A stretch of DNA of 64,000 nucleotides from Octopus sinensis (lineage: Eukaryota): contig NW_021832970.1 in NCBI RefSeq assembly GCF_006345805.1, forward strand, positions 1 through 64,000, read 5' to 3'. Under the pieces are notes generated by a model that did not search any database, had not been told where the DNA came from, and saw only the letters and a list, made by a program, of their open reading frames with translations. Made by a program: the position numbers and the translations under genes. Below, one piece after another: positions 51,026-63,945 of this stretch. How positions within the stretch are numbered: position 1 is the first letter of the stretch; the number at the start of each line of letters is the position of its first letter.

Positions 51026-52044
51026 GTATGTATGTATGTATGTATTTATGTATGTATGTGTATGTATGTATGTATGTATGTATGTATGTAGGCACACAAA
51101 CACGAGAACAGAGTGTAACAGAACCAAGTTGCAGACAAAATGCCAATCTTGTGGTATGTTGCACAAGTGTGCTTATCTATAGTTATGATCACTGAAGCAT
51201 TGAACGTGAAATTCCAAATACAGAAATTATATGAAAGCCCCCTTAGACGAATGTACCCGTAATTAAAAGGATTGGCCTTTTCACACACTCTGCTAGTTGT
51301 AGCGTAGCCGAGGATTAAATCATAGGTCTTAGGCCCAAATTACGTTATTATTTAATGTGTAACTCAACAAGAAAACCGCATCGCTGAATACAAAGTAGAC
51401 AAGGGTTAATGTCAGGAAGGGCATCCATCTGTTAAACACCGCCTCCATATTGCATTCGTCTTACTCATGCAAGCGTAGAAAAATGGACGTAAAACGAACG
51501 AATGATTCGTTGTGTTCCAGTATGGTCGCAGTCAAATGACTGAGACAATTAAAACAAGTAAAAAAAAAAGCAGTCTCTCTGTATCACTGTTTATGTTTAC
51601 CCGTGTACCCGTATGTATGTGTTTATATGTGTCATAAACACGTGTACGCGGCTGATTGTCTATTCACATCAACGCTCGGGTATGTGTGATAGCGTGTATA
51701 TTTTATGTGCATATGTGTATATCTGTATGTATGTGTATATATGTGATATACATGTGATGACAAGCGTATATCTACGAGGGCTTCTTATGCTTTCTTTACA
51801 AACAGCAGCCAAATCTCCCTCAAATCATCACACGCTAGTCTTGACACATAAAACGATATACCCTTATTTATATATCGCTAAACAGATGAGACTGGCACGG
51901 CCGGAACGCCTTTAATTGTAGAGTCTGTTCGATCAGGGTTGAGCAACTTGCTAAATGACAACTCGGAAAGTACTCATACATATGTATATGTACACAAGTG
52001 TGTGTATGTGTGCGCGTGTGCTGTGTGTGTGTGTGTGAGTGTTG

Positions 52045-52075
<31 letters not shown>

Positions 52076-52658
52076 TGTGTATTTGTTTACATCTGTCGTC
52101 TGTTTCTCAATAGTTTTGCGCTTGCCCGTGAATTTGTCTGTGTATACACGTGTTCTCTGCTGCCATATACATATATACATACATACACTCACATATATAT
52201 ATATATATATGTACGCTCCCACACATACATAGACACATGCACACACACACACAGACAAATAGATAAGGCTTCATATACGTCGTACAAACACGTATATATA
52301 TACATAGATACACACATGTATATACAAACACATGTTTTATACGCATGTTTACGTGTGTGATTGTGTGCATGTGTGTTTGTGAGTCCGTGCACATTCGTAT
52401 GCATGTAATTGTATCTGTAAGCAGACCTTCGATCAGACGCGTTCCAGACGTGACCAACCTGTTTATTTGTCTATAAGGAACCTTACTGTCCAGGGCCATT
52501 TCTTTTTTTTTTTTTTTGAAGCAGTTGAGTATATCTGAGTAAATTTAGCTACTATTTCTAACATGTGGAATGACTACATAGAGGACGCCTCTTTGGTATG
52601 CTTCATGTGTGTGTGTAGAGAGTTGGTTTATCTATGTGAGTGTCTTATAATGTGTGTA

Positions 52659-52693
<35 letters not shown>

Positions 52694-53279
52694 AAGAGTG
52701 ATAGCTTTTCTTGCGCGCGTATATGTGTATATGTTGCGTAAGCTTCACATATGTGCGTAGATATTCGAGTATGTCTACTATTTATGTGTGAGTGTGACAG
52801 CGAGTATGTGTGACCGTATTTGAATGTGAATATGTGCGTGTATCTGTGTGACAATGTGTGTGTGTGTGTATTTCTTAATATAAGTGTGTGACGGTCTGTA
52901 TCTTTGTTGCAGTGTGTGCGTGTGCTATTGTGTGTGTACGTGTGCGAGTGGTGAATGTATGTGCCTGAGTGATAGCATGTATGTTTGCTATATAGGTGTG
53001 TGAGTGAGAGTGGCAGTAATAGAAGTAGTGTGTGTGTGTGTGTGTGTGTGTGTGGGCGTGCTTCAGTACTTTTATGTTGGAGCAAACCGACGGGGAGGAA
53101 GGGAAAAAGAAGAGAAAGAGAAGGATAAGAAGACGGAGAGGGAGAGGCAGTAAAGTGTGTGCGTGTATGTAGGATATGTAGTGTATGTGTGTATGTGTAT
53201 GGGAGAGAGAGGCGAAGCGAAAACTGTGTAAAGAAAGCGTAATACGTACACACAATACACACGCATACCTACACACACA

Positions 53280-53990
53280 TAGAAAGAGGGGAGAGGGAGA
53301 AAAAGTGCGCGAGAGAGCGAGAGAAAGACAGAGAGACAGAGAGAGAGAGTGTGTGTGAGAATGGGAGAAAGAATGAACGAGTGTGAGAAACGAATAGAGC
53401 AAGTGTGCGAGGGAATGAAGGAAAGAGACAGAAAGAGAAAGACACAAGGAGAGAGAGAGAGAGAGAGATAAATGAATGTCTAAGAAAATAGGAGAAAACG
53501 AAGAAGAGTGAGAAAGAGAAAAGAAGAGAAAGAGAGAGAAAGAGAAATGGGGAGAGAGAGAGAGAGAGAGAGATCAGCTACGGAGCACAAAGAGCCATCA
53601 ACAGTAGGTGACGAGAGAAAGGAAGGGGAAAAGAAAGTTGACGAAGGTGGTAGGAAGAGTAGTTAACGAAGACGTGGTAGGACGTTTGGAGAGGAAGGGG
53701 AAGGGCGAAGAGAGATAAAGACTGGAGGAGGAGATGAATAAGAGAACGAAGGGTTTTCCCAACTCTCTATTTCTCGTTTACTCTCTTTAACTCTCCCTCT
53801 CTTACTGCCTACTCCCTTTTTACTCTTCTACTCTCTCTTACTCGCCCATACTCTCTCTTACTTTCCCATTCTCTCCCTTACGCTCTCACCCTGTATATTT
53901 TCTATATCCATCAGTCAGTCCCTCACTCTCTCTCTCACTTTTTCTGCCTCTTTCTCCCCCTCTCTCTCTCTCTCTCTCCGTCACTGAAAG
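53280..53990. repeat. GA-rich tract followed by a CT-rich tract
   Basis: Direct reading. Confidence 0.85.
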
Positions 53991-54506
53991 AGAAGAGAAG
54001 GAAGAGGAACAAGGGGAGGAGGTGGATCAGGGTCACGCGTTGTTGTGGCAATAAATAAATAAATAATGGAAGAGAGCAGCCGACACAATTTCTTCAGTGA
54101 AAGTCGTCTGGTCGTCGTCGTTGTCGTCGCCATCTTCGACGTCACCCAAGTCTTTTATTAATTTCTTTTACTGTTGAAACATTGTGTTAACCGACAATAA
54201 TTCCATAAACATTGGGAAAATAGAGCTTGATTTATAGATATTGGTAGGAGAAAAGCAAAATTATACGGGTGTTTTTCTTCTTTTTCTATTATTCATTCCC
54301 AGTGTATGATGTGACAGAGTAAGCTCGTGAGTGGTGTCAACTGACTCGACTAAATATATACATACATACTTACATACATACATACAAGCATACATACATA
54401 CATACTATATGCATACATACATACATACATACATACATACATACATACATACATACATACACAACATACAACATGTTTTCAAGTACACTCAAATCATACC
54501 TACCTA

Positions 54507-54538
<32 letters not shown>

Positions 54539-54637
54539 ACCGTAATAATAAGGGTGAAATTAATTAATTTGGAATAATTATCAATACACCAAGTAGTCTT
54601 CGGCATGTAAAAGCCTCATTTGAGGAAAATTTAAGTA

Positions 54638-54750
54638 ATACTAAGCAATAGGGTTTAGCAACGAATTGCCTTACCCACATACCGAATTTATAAATTTCTA
54701 AATTCGGTATGTGGTAAGGCATTCGTTGGCTGAACCCTATTGCTTAGTAT
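54638..54750. repeat. Imperfect palindrome, ~52-bp arms, 8-nt loop
   Basis: atactaagcaatagggtttagc-aacgaattgccttacccacataccgaattta pairs with taaattcggtatgtggtaaggcattcgttggctgaaccctattgcttagtat. Confidence 0.9.
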
Positions 54751-55429
54751 ATATATATATAATATATATATAATACATACGTGTGTGCATACATACGTAG
54801 ACATACGTATGTACATACATGCATACGTACATGCATACATGCATACATACGTACATATAGATGTGTGTGTATGCACATATATACATTCATAAAGACACAC
54901 ACATTGCTTCTTGTCAAATGATAGCCGTTTCATTATTTATTGTGTACTGTCATTCATTATTTACGGTCTTATGCCCATGTGTATACTGAATGATGGGACA
55001 TCTGTGCAACATGGGATTATAGTAACCGAGGCTTGTGTGACACATATGTCCTACATCCATAGCTAAATGTTGAAGAGCAAGCATGCCAAAGATCTATTCC
55101 ATCTCCAAGAGTTTGAGAACAAAAATATTCCTATAAATCAGTTATGGTATACTTTTACAATTCGTGTCCGAGCGATTCTTCAACATGTCATATTTTTCCA
55201 ACGAGGATGACTCGGCTTTGCTAAACGGATTCATAGGAACTTTTGTTATCATATATACCTACGACATCATCGGTCTTTATTATGTATGAACCTGGTTAAA
55301 ACAAAACTTGGTGCTCTCGAAACAGCTGTCAAGATAAGACTATTACATAACACCTTTCATTTTCTTTATTTTTTCTTTCAAGAGACTGAATTTTGTATTT
55401 CATGTAAATATATGCATTAAACATTCTCG

Positions 55430-56990
55430 AGTCTTTCTCGACATTTCGGTCAGCATTCATCACTCCTCTCTCACCACCTCCATCCACTACAAACACACAG
55501 ACTCACACTTTACTTCAACTTCTCCTCCTCACACCCTAAACACACCAAGCTTTCCCTCCTCTATTCCCAATTCCTCCGTCTACGCAGGCTCTGCAGTGAT
55601 GACCATGACTTCGAGACTCAGTCTCAACTCATGGCTCGCCACTTCATTCTACGTGGATATCCCTTCACCACTATCCACACCGCCCTTGCCAGAGCACTTC
55701 CGTGGACTGTGCATCTGCTCTCTCCCTCATACCCTACCCGCCGTCACCCGCCTCCCCTCATCTACCATCCCACTACCCTACCTCTCCAACGCACCATTCT
55801 CCGAGCCTTCCGGCGACTTCAGTCCGACCACTCCATTTCCCTCCTTCAAACAAGCCCACAACCTACGAGACCTCTTGGTCCACATTTTCTTCCCTAACCC
55901 AACCTCCCAACCAGGCTCGTTTCCATGCTCCCGCCCACGCTGCTGCACTTGTCCTTACCTCTCCAACACCACTCTCTTCACAGGCACCCATCATAGACCC
56001 TATCATATTACTGACTCCTTCACCTGCACGTCTAGCAAAGTCATCTACTGCATCTCTTGCTCTCTCTCTTGTTTCTCATTAAACTTTTTGTTTTTCATTA
56101 AACTTTTTTATTTTTGGTAAATATACTTTTTCTCACACACACACACACACACACACGGAACGCCGCTTGGCTGACCGGTTCGCGGTACGCCTCCGAGACA
56201 TCTGACTCGGTAATGACACCTCAGTCTCGCGCCATTTCCGCTCTACCAGTCACTCTTTACAGCATCTGTCTGTATTCGGATTGTCCTTACACAGAGGTCA
56301 TCCGGACTCCCGTCTTCGCCGTGAGCAAGGATTAATCTTCTCTCTTCACTCCTTTGCGCCCCATGCGCTCAACTCTCCTCCTCTCTCTTCTCTTCCTTTC
56401 ACACCTACTTCTTCCCACCATCTCTCCTCTCTTGCTCTGGCACCTACTTCCTCTCTTCCTCCTACCCACCTTCTCCCTTCCACCCTCTCCCTTCATCGTT
56501 ACCCCCTCCCTCGTTACCCCACTCCTACACATTCCAACCCCAACATCTCTACACATCCCATCCCACCTCACACCAATCCCTTAAACCCCACCCTTGCTTC
56601 CCCCATTCTCGCCTCCCCCACACCCCAACATCACCACACTGCACCACATACCACCACACCAAACACACACCACACCACACATCACATCACATCACGCCAC
56701 ACATACACACGCACGCGCTCCTTCGTTTTGGGATCGTCACCACTTTATTATCTCCCCTTCTTCCTAGCTTTCCTGTGTGATCCCTCTGTCCGGTATTCGA
56801 CATGATAGATCGCTAGAAACTAAACCTTTTTCTATTTTCTCTCCCTATTTATTTCTGTGTTTCTTTCTGTCGAAGAGCGTAGGCTCGAAACGTAAAAGAC
56901 TTTCTCACTTCCCAAGCGTTAAACTAATACATCTGTTTTTTGTGTACACACCCGTCTTCGTCTTTTGTTTTTTTGTAAATTCTCACTATG
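55430..56990 (+). mobile_element. 5'-truncated Penelope-like element: RT C-terminus, GIY-YIG endonuclease, 3' pLTR with a hammerhead-like motif (56863-56898)
   Basis: FLDISV..YKHTDSH..SSSHPKHTKLSLLYSQFLRLRRLCSDD; FKQAHNLRDLLVH; GSFPCSRPRCCTCP; FTCTSSKVIYCISC; TERRLADRF; VSRHF..H; REQGLIFSLHSFAPHALN. The YIG motif is destroyed by a duplication and a (CA)n run. Confidence 0.88.
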
Positions 56991-57117
56991 TATGTATGTA
57001 TGTATGTATGTATGTATGTATGTATGTATGTATGTATGTATGTATGTATGTATGTATGTATGTATGTATGTATGCATGTGTGTGTGTATAGATAGATAGA
57101 TTTATTTATTTGTGTAT

Positions 57118-57305
57118 GTGTATAGTTCAAATTCACAGAAGACAAGAAAGGTGAAGGAACATCAAGCAGGTGTATTTGTTTAATGCTCGGGAAGAATGGA
57201 AAAGTCTTTGACGTTTCAAACCTACGCTCTTCAGCAGAAAAGATTGAGAGTGGGGAGAAATGGGGAAACAACGAAAAAAACGGAGAGAAAGAAAATATAT
57301 AGTGA
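57118..57305 (-). mobile_element. Diverged Penelope-type pLTR in inverted orientation, hammerhead-like motif at 57206-57242
   Basis: Reverse complement cttttctgctgaagagcgtaggtttgaaacgtcaaagact aligns with 56863-56900; the flanks are only moderately similar. Confidence 0.75.
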
Positions 57306-57332
57306 TCAACGATTCACCATGATGAATATATG

Positions 57333-57433
<101 letters not shown>

Positions 57434-57622
57434 CGGAGATGTACTTGCATAGCAAGTAATTTGATCTGAGATCGTGTGCTGAAACGAAAACAATTACAGC
57501 CTGGAAGGTGTTTGTAAGCCATTTAAGAAACACACAAAAGCCGTTCGATTCACTTCAACATTTAAGTTTAATTTGTCAAAATATTTTCGTCGATTTAAGA
57601 CCGCGACCTTCGGCGGACTTCT

Positions 57623-57690
57623 AGTTTCTGTCTACCAAATCCACTTACAAAGTTTTGGTTGACCACACACTATAGTAGAAAACACTTGCT
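57623..57690 (-). mobile_element. SINE family A internal fragment
   Basis: agtttctgtctaccaaatccacttacaaag..ctatagtagaaaacacttgc. Confidence 0.7.
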
Positions 57691-57692
57691 CG

Positions 57693-57764
<72 letters not shown>

Positions 57765-57893
57765 GAAAGACAGACAGACAGATAGGTAGATGGACAGATA
57801 GTTCGATCGATCTCGATCGATAGACAGACAGACAGACAGACAGACAGAAAGGCAGACAGACAGACAGACAGACAGACAGATAGACAGACAGAC

Positions 57894-57967
<74 letters not shown>

Positions 57968-58819
57968 CGCTATTCAGATTTTTTTAAGCAGATGTTCAGA
58001 AAACTCTATCCAAAACTGGATCTTGATCCAGAGAAGGAACATGATCAAAGTTCTATTATTCATCTGATTGAATTGGTTAGGACAAATTCATGTAGCAGCA
58101 TTAAAGTTAATCGGAACAGATTAACGGATAAGCGGTCGATTGATCTAAATAATGATTATGATAAATTGACTTGGGATCAAGGCGGATTAGAGACTAATTT
58201 TTCCAAGTAGTTTAGTGAGAAAATCTGTTCAGTATATTTAGCATTAATGTATTATTTGTTTCGCAGAATCTCAAAGAATAGCAGAAACTGACGAGGAAGA
58301 ACAATACCGAAACAGATGCTTCTGTTGGTAATGCAGTTCTTGCTGAAAATATATTCGCGGTTTTTTACCCCAAATATAGCATTGAAGACGTTTCGTGACG
58401 TAATAACCAGAAAGGATTACAGTAAATTAGCGTCTAATTGATACCAAAAACGGATGAATAACAATTATCAGAGCGGATTGTAGCGGAATCGAATATTTCT
58501 GAGATACATATTGGCAAATTGAAGGGAGTTAAATGATGAGAGATTGATCCATGCGAATCAGTGGTAACTCGATCTGAGCGGTTTGGTCACAAAATAAACC
58601 AGTAACAACAGATTTTTCAAAACGGATTAGAGAGACCTTCGTATGTGAGGGATAATTATAAATTGATTGAAGAATACTTTACAAGTGATCAAGTCACGTG
58701 ATCTCAACTGCAAGGAATTTGGTCGTAGTATTCATTTGATCGAACGATTGCAAAAATATTCCCCACTACATCTGTGATATAACCAATGCGTTTGTTACAC
58801 ATAACTATCCTACTCCTCT

Positions 58820-58871
<52 letters not shown>

Positions 58872-58890
58872 CCCCTTCTCTCTCCTCTTT

Positions 58891-58936
<46 letters not shown>

Positions 58937-59177
58937 CCGCTTGCCCCCTCTTTTTTAATGTCTGCCATCTTTGCCCCAGTGACACAGTTAAAGTTTTTTA
59001 CGCCTCCATAACTTTTGACCTTCCGGCACAGATCTCCATGGTAACCAATAATTATATCAACCCCGACGTGTTATACTGAAGTGTCTTAGTCACATACAAC
59101 TTGTATTTTCGCCCCTAATTAAGACAAAACTGATGAGAATTAATGAGCCCTATATACCTTACACACACACACACACA

Positions 59178-59225
<48 letters not shown>

Positions 59226-59407
59226 CACACATGTACACGTACACACACACAGACATGCAAGCTTGTACGCATTTCAACACACTCATACGTATACACCAAC
59301 ATACGTACACACGCAAATATACATAAACACATAATATAGAGATATATATAAATACACATGCATACAAACAGACAAACACACACCCACATGTATGTATGTA
59401 TGTATGA

Positions 59408-59441
<34 letters not shown>

Positions 59442-59638
59442 CGCATACGTTTTCATATATTCAAGCACGCACATTTTCCTCATACCCACATGCATACATT
59501 CATTCATACATACATACATACATACATACATACATACATACATACATACATACATACAAACATACATACATACATGCATGCATGTTGGTATGTATGTATG
59601 TATGTATTTATGTTGGTATGTATGTATGTATGTATGCA

Positions 59639-59669
<31 letters not shown>

Positions 59670-59675
<6 letters not shown>

Positions 59676-59877
59676 ATACGCATATACATTCATGCTCTCA
59701 CACATATAATGATTTGATCCGCATGCAAGATATACGCTTAATCTGCTTGTAAAATCTGAGGTACGGGATCAGTTCGAATATGAGACAAGCTATGCTTTAC
59801 TGATGAGGCCAATCAAGGGCGAAATGTAGGCTTGTCTGGCCTTTGCATCTGAAACAATAGAAACCGAAAACGCACGC
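59670..59877 (+). repeat. Left arm of a long inverted repeat, with a hammerhead-like motif at 59783-59837
   Basis: 208 bp with 3 mismatches to the reverse complement of 62793-63000. Confidence 0.95.
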
Positions 59878-60109
59878 ATATATGTACATATTTTCGACTG
59901 GGTTCAATAATATTTGTTCAATACGTTTAGTTCACCACTGCATTTATGAGTTCTACAATTCTTGAGGTAAGAAAGTCCATTTGGAAGATATTTCTTTGTT
60001 TTATATGTCGTATTTCCAATTTTCTAATTCCTGGTACTCATAACTTATGGTATGAAACAATTAGATTGAGGTTCGATGTCTGTAATACTCATTTCTACAT
60101 TAAGTACAA

Positions 60110-60290
60110 GGTGTGATGTTTTGGGAAGGGATCTTGTTGATTACATTGACCCCAGTGCACAACTGGTACTTATTTTAACGTCCCTGAAAGGATGAAAGGC
60201 AAAAGCGATCACGGCGGAATTTGAACTCAGAAGGTAAAGACGGACGAAATGACACGAAGCATTTTATCCGGCGTGCACGCAACTGTCCCA
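60110..60290 (-). mobile_element. SINE family B, diverged, tail-2 type
   Basis: gaccccagtgcacaactggtactt..gaaaggatgaaaggcaaaagcg..gaatttgaactcag. Confidence 0.85.
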
Positions 60291-60600
60291 GCATGCTATC
60301 TTATTCGTATGTGTGTAGGATTGAATGGTACTGCCCAGGTGTCGAAACAATAGTGGTATCCATCAGGCACCTGATGATGGGGGCATACCTTTCATTCGCA
60401 AGTTGTCTGAATCTTTTATATCTTGTGTTTTTTTGTCCTAACTTGTCCTTCATTCTCATAGGACTGGACTTGTGAAACCGTTCTTTTATCTAAGCTGGTT
60501 GTGTTGTTTGTCATATTCCATATATTGATGTTGCACGATGTCCTTCACTAGGATTCTAATTCTAGCTTGGGTAATGCTTATTAAGGATTTCTAATTTATA

Positions 60601-60651
<51 letters not shown>

Positions 60652-60684
60652 TACATACATATATATATATATATGCATACATAC

Positions 60685-60716
<32 letters not shown>

Positions 60717-62194
60717 GCATACATATATATTATATATGCATACATACATATATACACACACGCACACATGCACACATGCACACAAACAACATACTCACAC
60801 ATGCACGCACATAGACATACATACACACACATGCATACATACATACAACACACACACACTACACACACACACACACATATATAGATATATAATATATATA
60901 TATATATTATATATATATATATATATTATTATGTATGCATACATAGATTCATCCAAGACCGAGATATAGTGATTTCTCAACAAGAGATTAAGCAATGACA
61001 TAAGATATTGTTGCTGACATACTTTTCCTATCGACACAAACGTAGTGAACAAAACAACACCAATCAAGAATCAAAATCGAAGGACAGATTACTGTCATTA
61101 CACAAGTACGTGTATATTTGCTCTACCTGGCTTTGGTCCCTCAGCTCCTTGATTGGGTCGTAGGGACACCGTAGTATAATGCAGCATGTTTTAGGCATTT
61201 TCAGACCTTACGGAGCCTATCCCTCTGTATATAATCTTGTTTAGAATCAGCGGGCCATTTATATAAGCTAGCTTTTCTGTTGTCGAAGCAACTGCAGCTA
61301 ACCTTCATTGTGTTACGATCGAATGACTTCGGGAACCTTTAATTAACCGTTTTACTGCGGAAATCGTATATATACACTCAAAACTTCATTGCCTTTAACT
61401 GCAGAAAATAGTATTTGGTACCAATCTATCTTTTGTTCAGGAAAATCATCTTTGAAGCATTTTTTTTTGAGATGTCAAGTTTGAGATAACTTGACTTGCA
61501 GAAAATGCCAATTCTCTCTCTCAGTCTCTTCTAATATTTAGCATTATTATCGGTCCCACTACCTAAAAAGAAGGGCAGCTGAAATTTTGTTATCTTGCAA
61601 GCACTTTTCAAGCCACGGTACAAAATAATCTCATATCAAATGTCTAGACGTGTGCCTTCCCTCAAATGAGCATATACATACCTACGAGTATGTTCGTATA
61701 CATGTATCTGTGTATATATATCTGCGCATATACATATGCGTGTGTATGTACGAATCTATCTAGCTATCTATATACATACGTACGTACAAACACGCATCTA
61801 GGTGTGTATACATGCAGATATATGTACAGGCCATCTACATGACATTCTCTGTCACTTGTATTTTACCATACGCATGCCCAAAAAAGAAATTGATAACACA
61901 CATGCCCTAGATAAAGAAACTTAAATAAAATCACCAATAAAATCACTTTCATCACACACGGGTGGGAATGTATATATATATATATATGCATGTGTGCGTG
62001 TATGAATGTATGCATAAGATTGTGTGTTAGCTATCGAAAAATCTAGTACAAACATAGAGCACTTTCATTCACATATAGATAGATAGATAGATAGATAGAT
62101 AGAAAGATAGATAGATAGATATACGTACATACATACATATACATACATATCATAATATATTATATATATATATATAATATATCACACACACACA

Positions 62195-62243
<49 letters not shown>

Positions 62244-62792
62244 ATATATATTATAAATATTCACACACACCAGTAGCGAAAAAAATAGATTTCTGGTAAA
62301 ACGCTTCTCTCATCGGCATGTGTGTATATGTGCATATATATGTGTCTATATATGTGTGTCTACATACGTACATACATACATACATACATACATACATACA
62401 TACATACATACATACACCCAGTATACATTAAATACTTTCAAACTTTGTTATTTTATTAAAACTCCTCCAACACACACACGCCCCCTTATTCAGTGATCCT
62501 TCTCTGCCGATACAAAACACACCCATATCATATTTTTACCAAAACAACGACAACGACCAAACAACAAACGAAATTTTCCACCCTTCCGCCAATTTATCAG
62601 CCTGTATCGATTTTCTCGACAATTATCTGATCACGAAGAAGATTATTTTGCTAACAATTCTTCTGTCATTCTAGACAAGACGCTCACTTCTGGGTGGTGT
62701 AGCTCATACTTCGACAAGATCAGCAGTTACTGAACGGCCATGGGGATAAGGTGTTGGTCATTTCATTCGCTAATCATGTGTCCTATTCTACA

Positions 62793-63000
62793 GCGTGCGT
62801 TTTCGGTTTCTATTGTTTCAGATGTAAAGGCCAGACAAGCCTACATTTCGCCCTTGATTGGCCTCATCAGTAAAGCATAGCTCGTCTCATATTCGAACTG
62901 ATCCCGTACCTCAGATTTTACAAGCAGATTAAGCGTATATCTTGCATGCGGATCAAATCATTATATGTGTGAGAGCATGAATGTATATGCATATGTACAC
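62793..63000 (-). repeat. Right arm of the long inverted repeat, with a hammerhead-like motif at 62833-62887
   Basis: Reverse complement of 59670-59877. Confidence 0.95.
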
Positions 63001-63189
63001 ATACACACACACACACACACACACATACATACATACATACATATATACATACATACATACATACATACATACATACCAACATACATACATACATACATAC
63101 CAACATACATACATACATACATACCAGCATACATACATACATACATACATACATACATACATACATACATACATACACATACATATATT

Positions 63190-63335
63190 GTGGAAGCATG
63201 TAGCTTAATGGTTATGATGTCAGATTCATGATTGTAAGATTGTGGTTTCGATTCCTGGACCAGGCGATACGTTGCGTTCTTAACCAAAACACTTCGTTTC
63301 GCGTTGCTCCAGTCCTCTCAGCCGGCAAAATTTCC
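63190..63335 (+). mobile_element. SINE family C, diverged
   Basis: gattgtaagattgtggtttcgattcctggacc..acacttcgtttcgcgttgctccagtcc. Confidence 0.75.
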
Positions 63336-63506
63336 TCAAAACTTTGATGAAGGGTAGAGAGTATATCAACCGAAACGTCATGTTAGCAAGAAACAAGATG
63401 AGGACAAATATCCATCAAACGTAAATAATGTAAATGATGTATGTATATATCTGTATATATGCTTATATATGTATGTTATTGACCAATGGTACTCTCTCAC
63501 TCTCTC

Positions 63507-63863
63507 TCTCTTTACTTGTTCCAGTCATTTGACTGCAGCTATGCTGGAGCACCGCCTATAGTCGAGCAAATCGACCCTAGGACTTCTTCTTTGTAAGCCT
63601 AGTACTTATTCTATTGGTTTGTTTTGGCGAACCGCTAAGTTACGGGGACGTAAACACGCCAGCATCGGTTGTCAAGCGACGTTGGGTGGACAAACACAGA
63701 CACACAAACACACACACACACATATACATATATACGACGGGCTTCTCTCAGTTTCCGTCTACCAAATCCACTCACAAGGCTTTGGTCGGCCCGAGGCTAT
63801 AGTAGAAGACACTTGTCCAACGTGCCACGCAGTGGAACTGAACCCGGAACCATGTGGTTGGTA
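63507..63863 (-). mobile_element. SINE family A, nearly full length
   Basis: Reverse complement of the 15728 copy without the first head bases. Confidence 0.92.
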
Positions 63864-63945
63864 AAGAGTAGAAGAGTATGTATGGATATTTATGCGCACT
63901 TACACACACACACTTATCTATACATACATGCATATGCATATATAC

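Noticed and set aside
54585-54630. Minus-strand ggc(N8)gcc-gaag hammerhead-like stem
   Set aside because: Both core halves are degenerate (caaatga, gaag); not supportable without a family consensus.
60330-60400. gaaa...ctgatga, a possible type-II hammerhead
   Set aside because: ctgatg simply pairs with the adjacent catcagg; there is no stem II or III.
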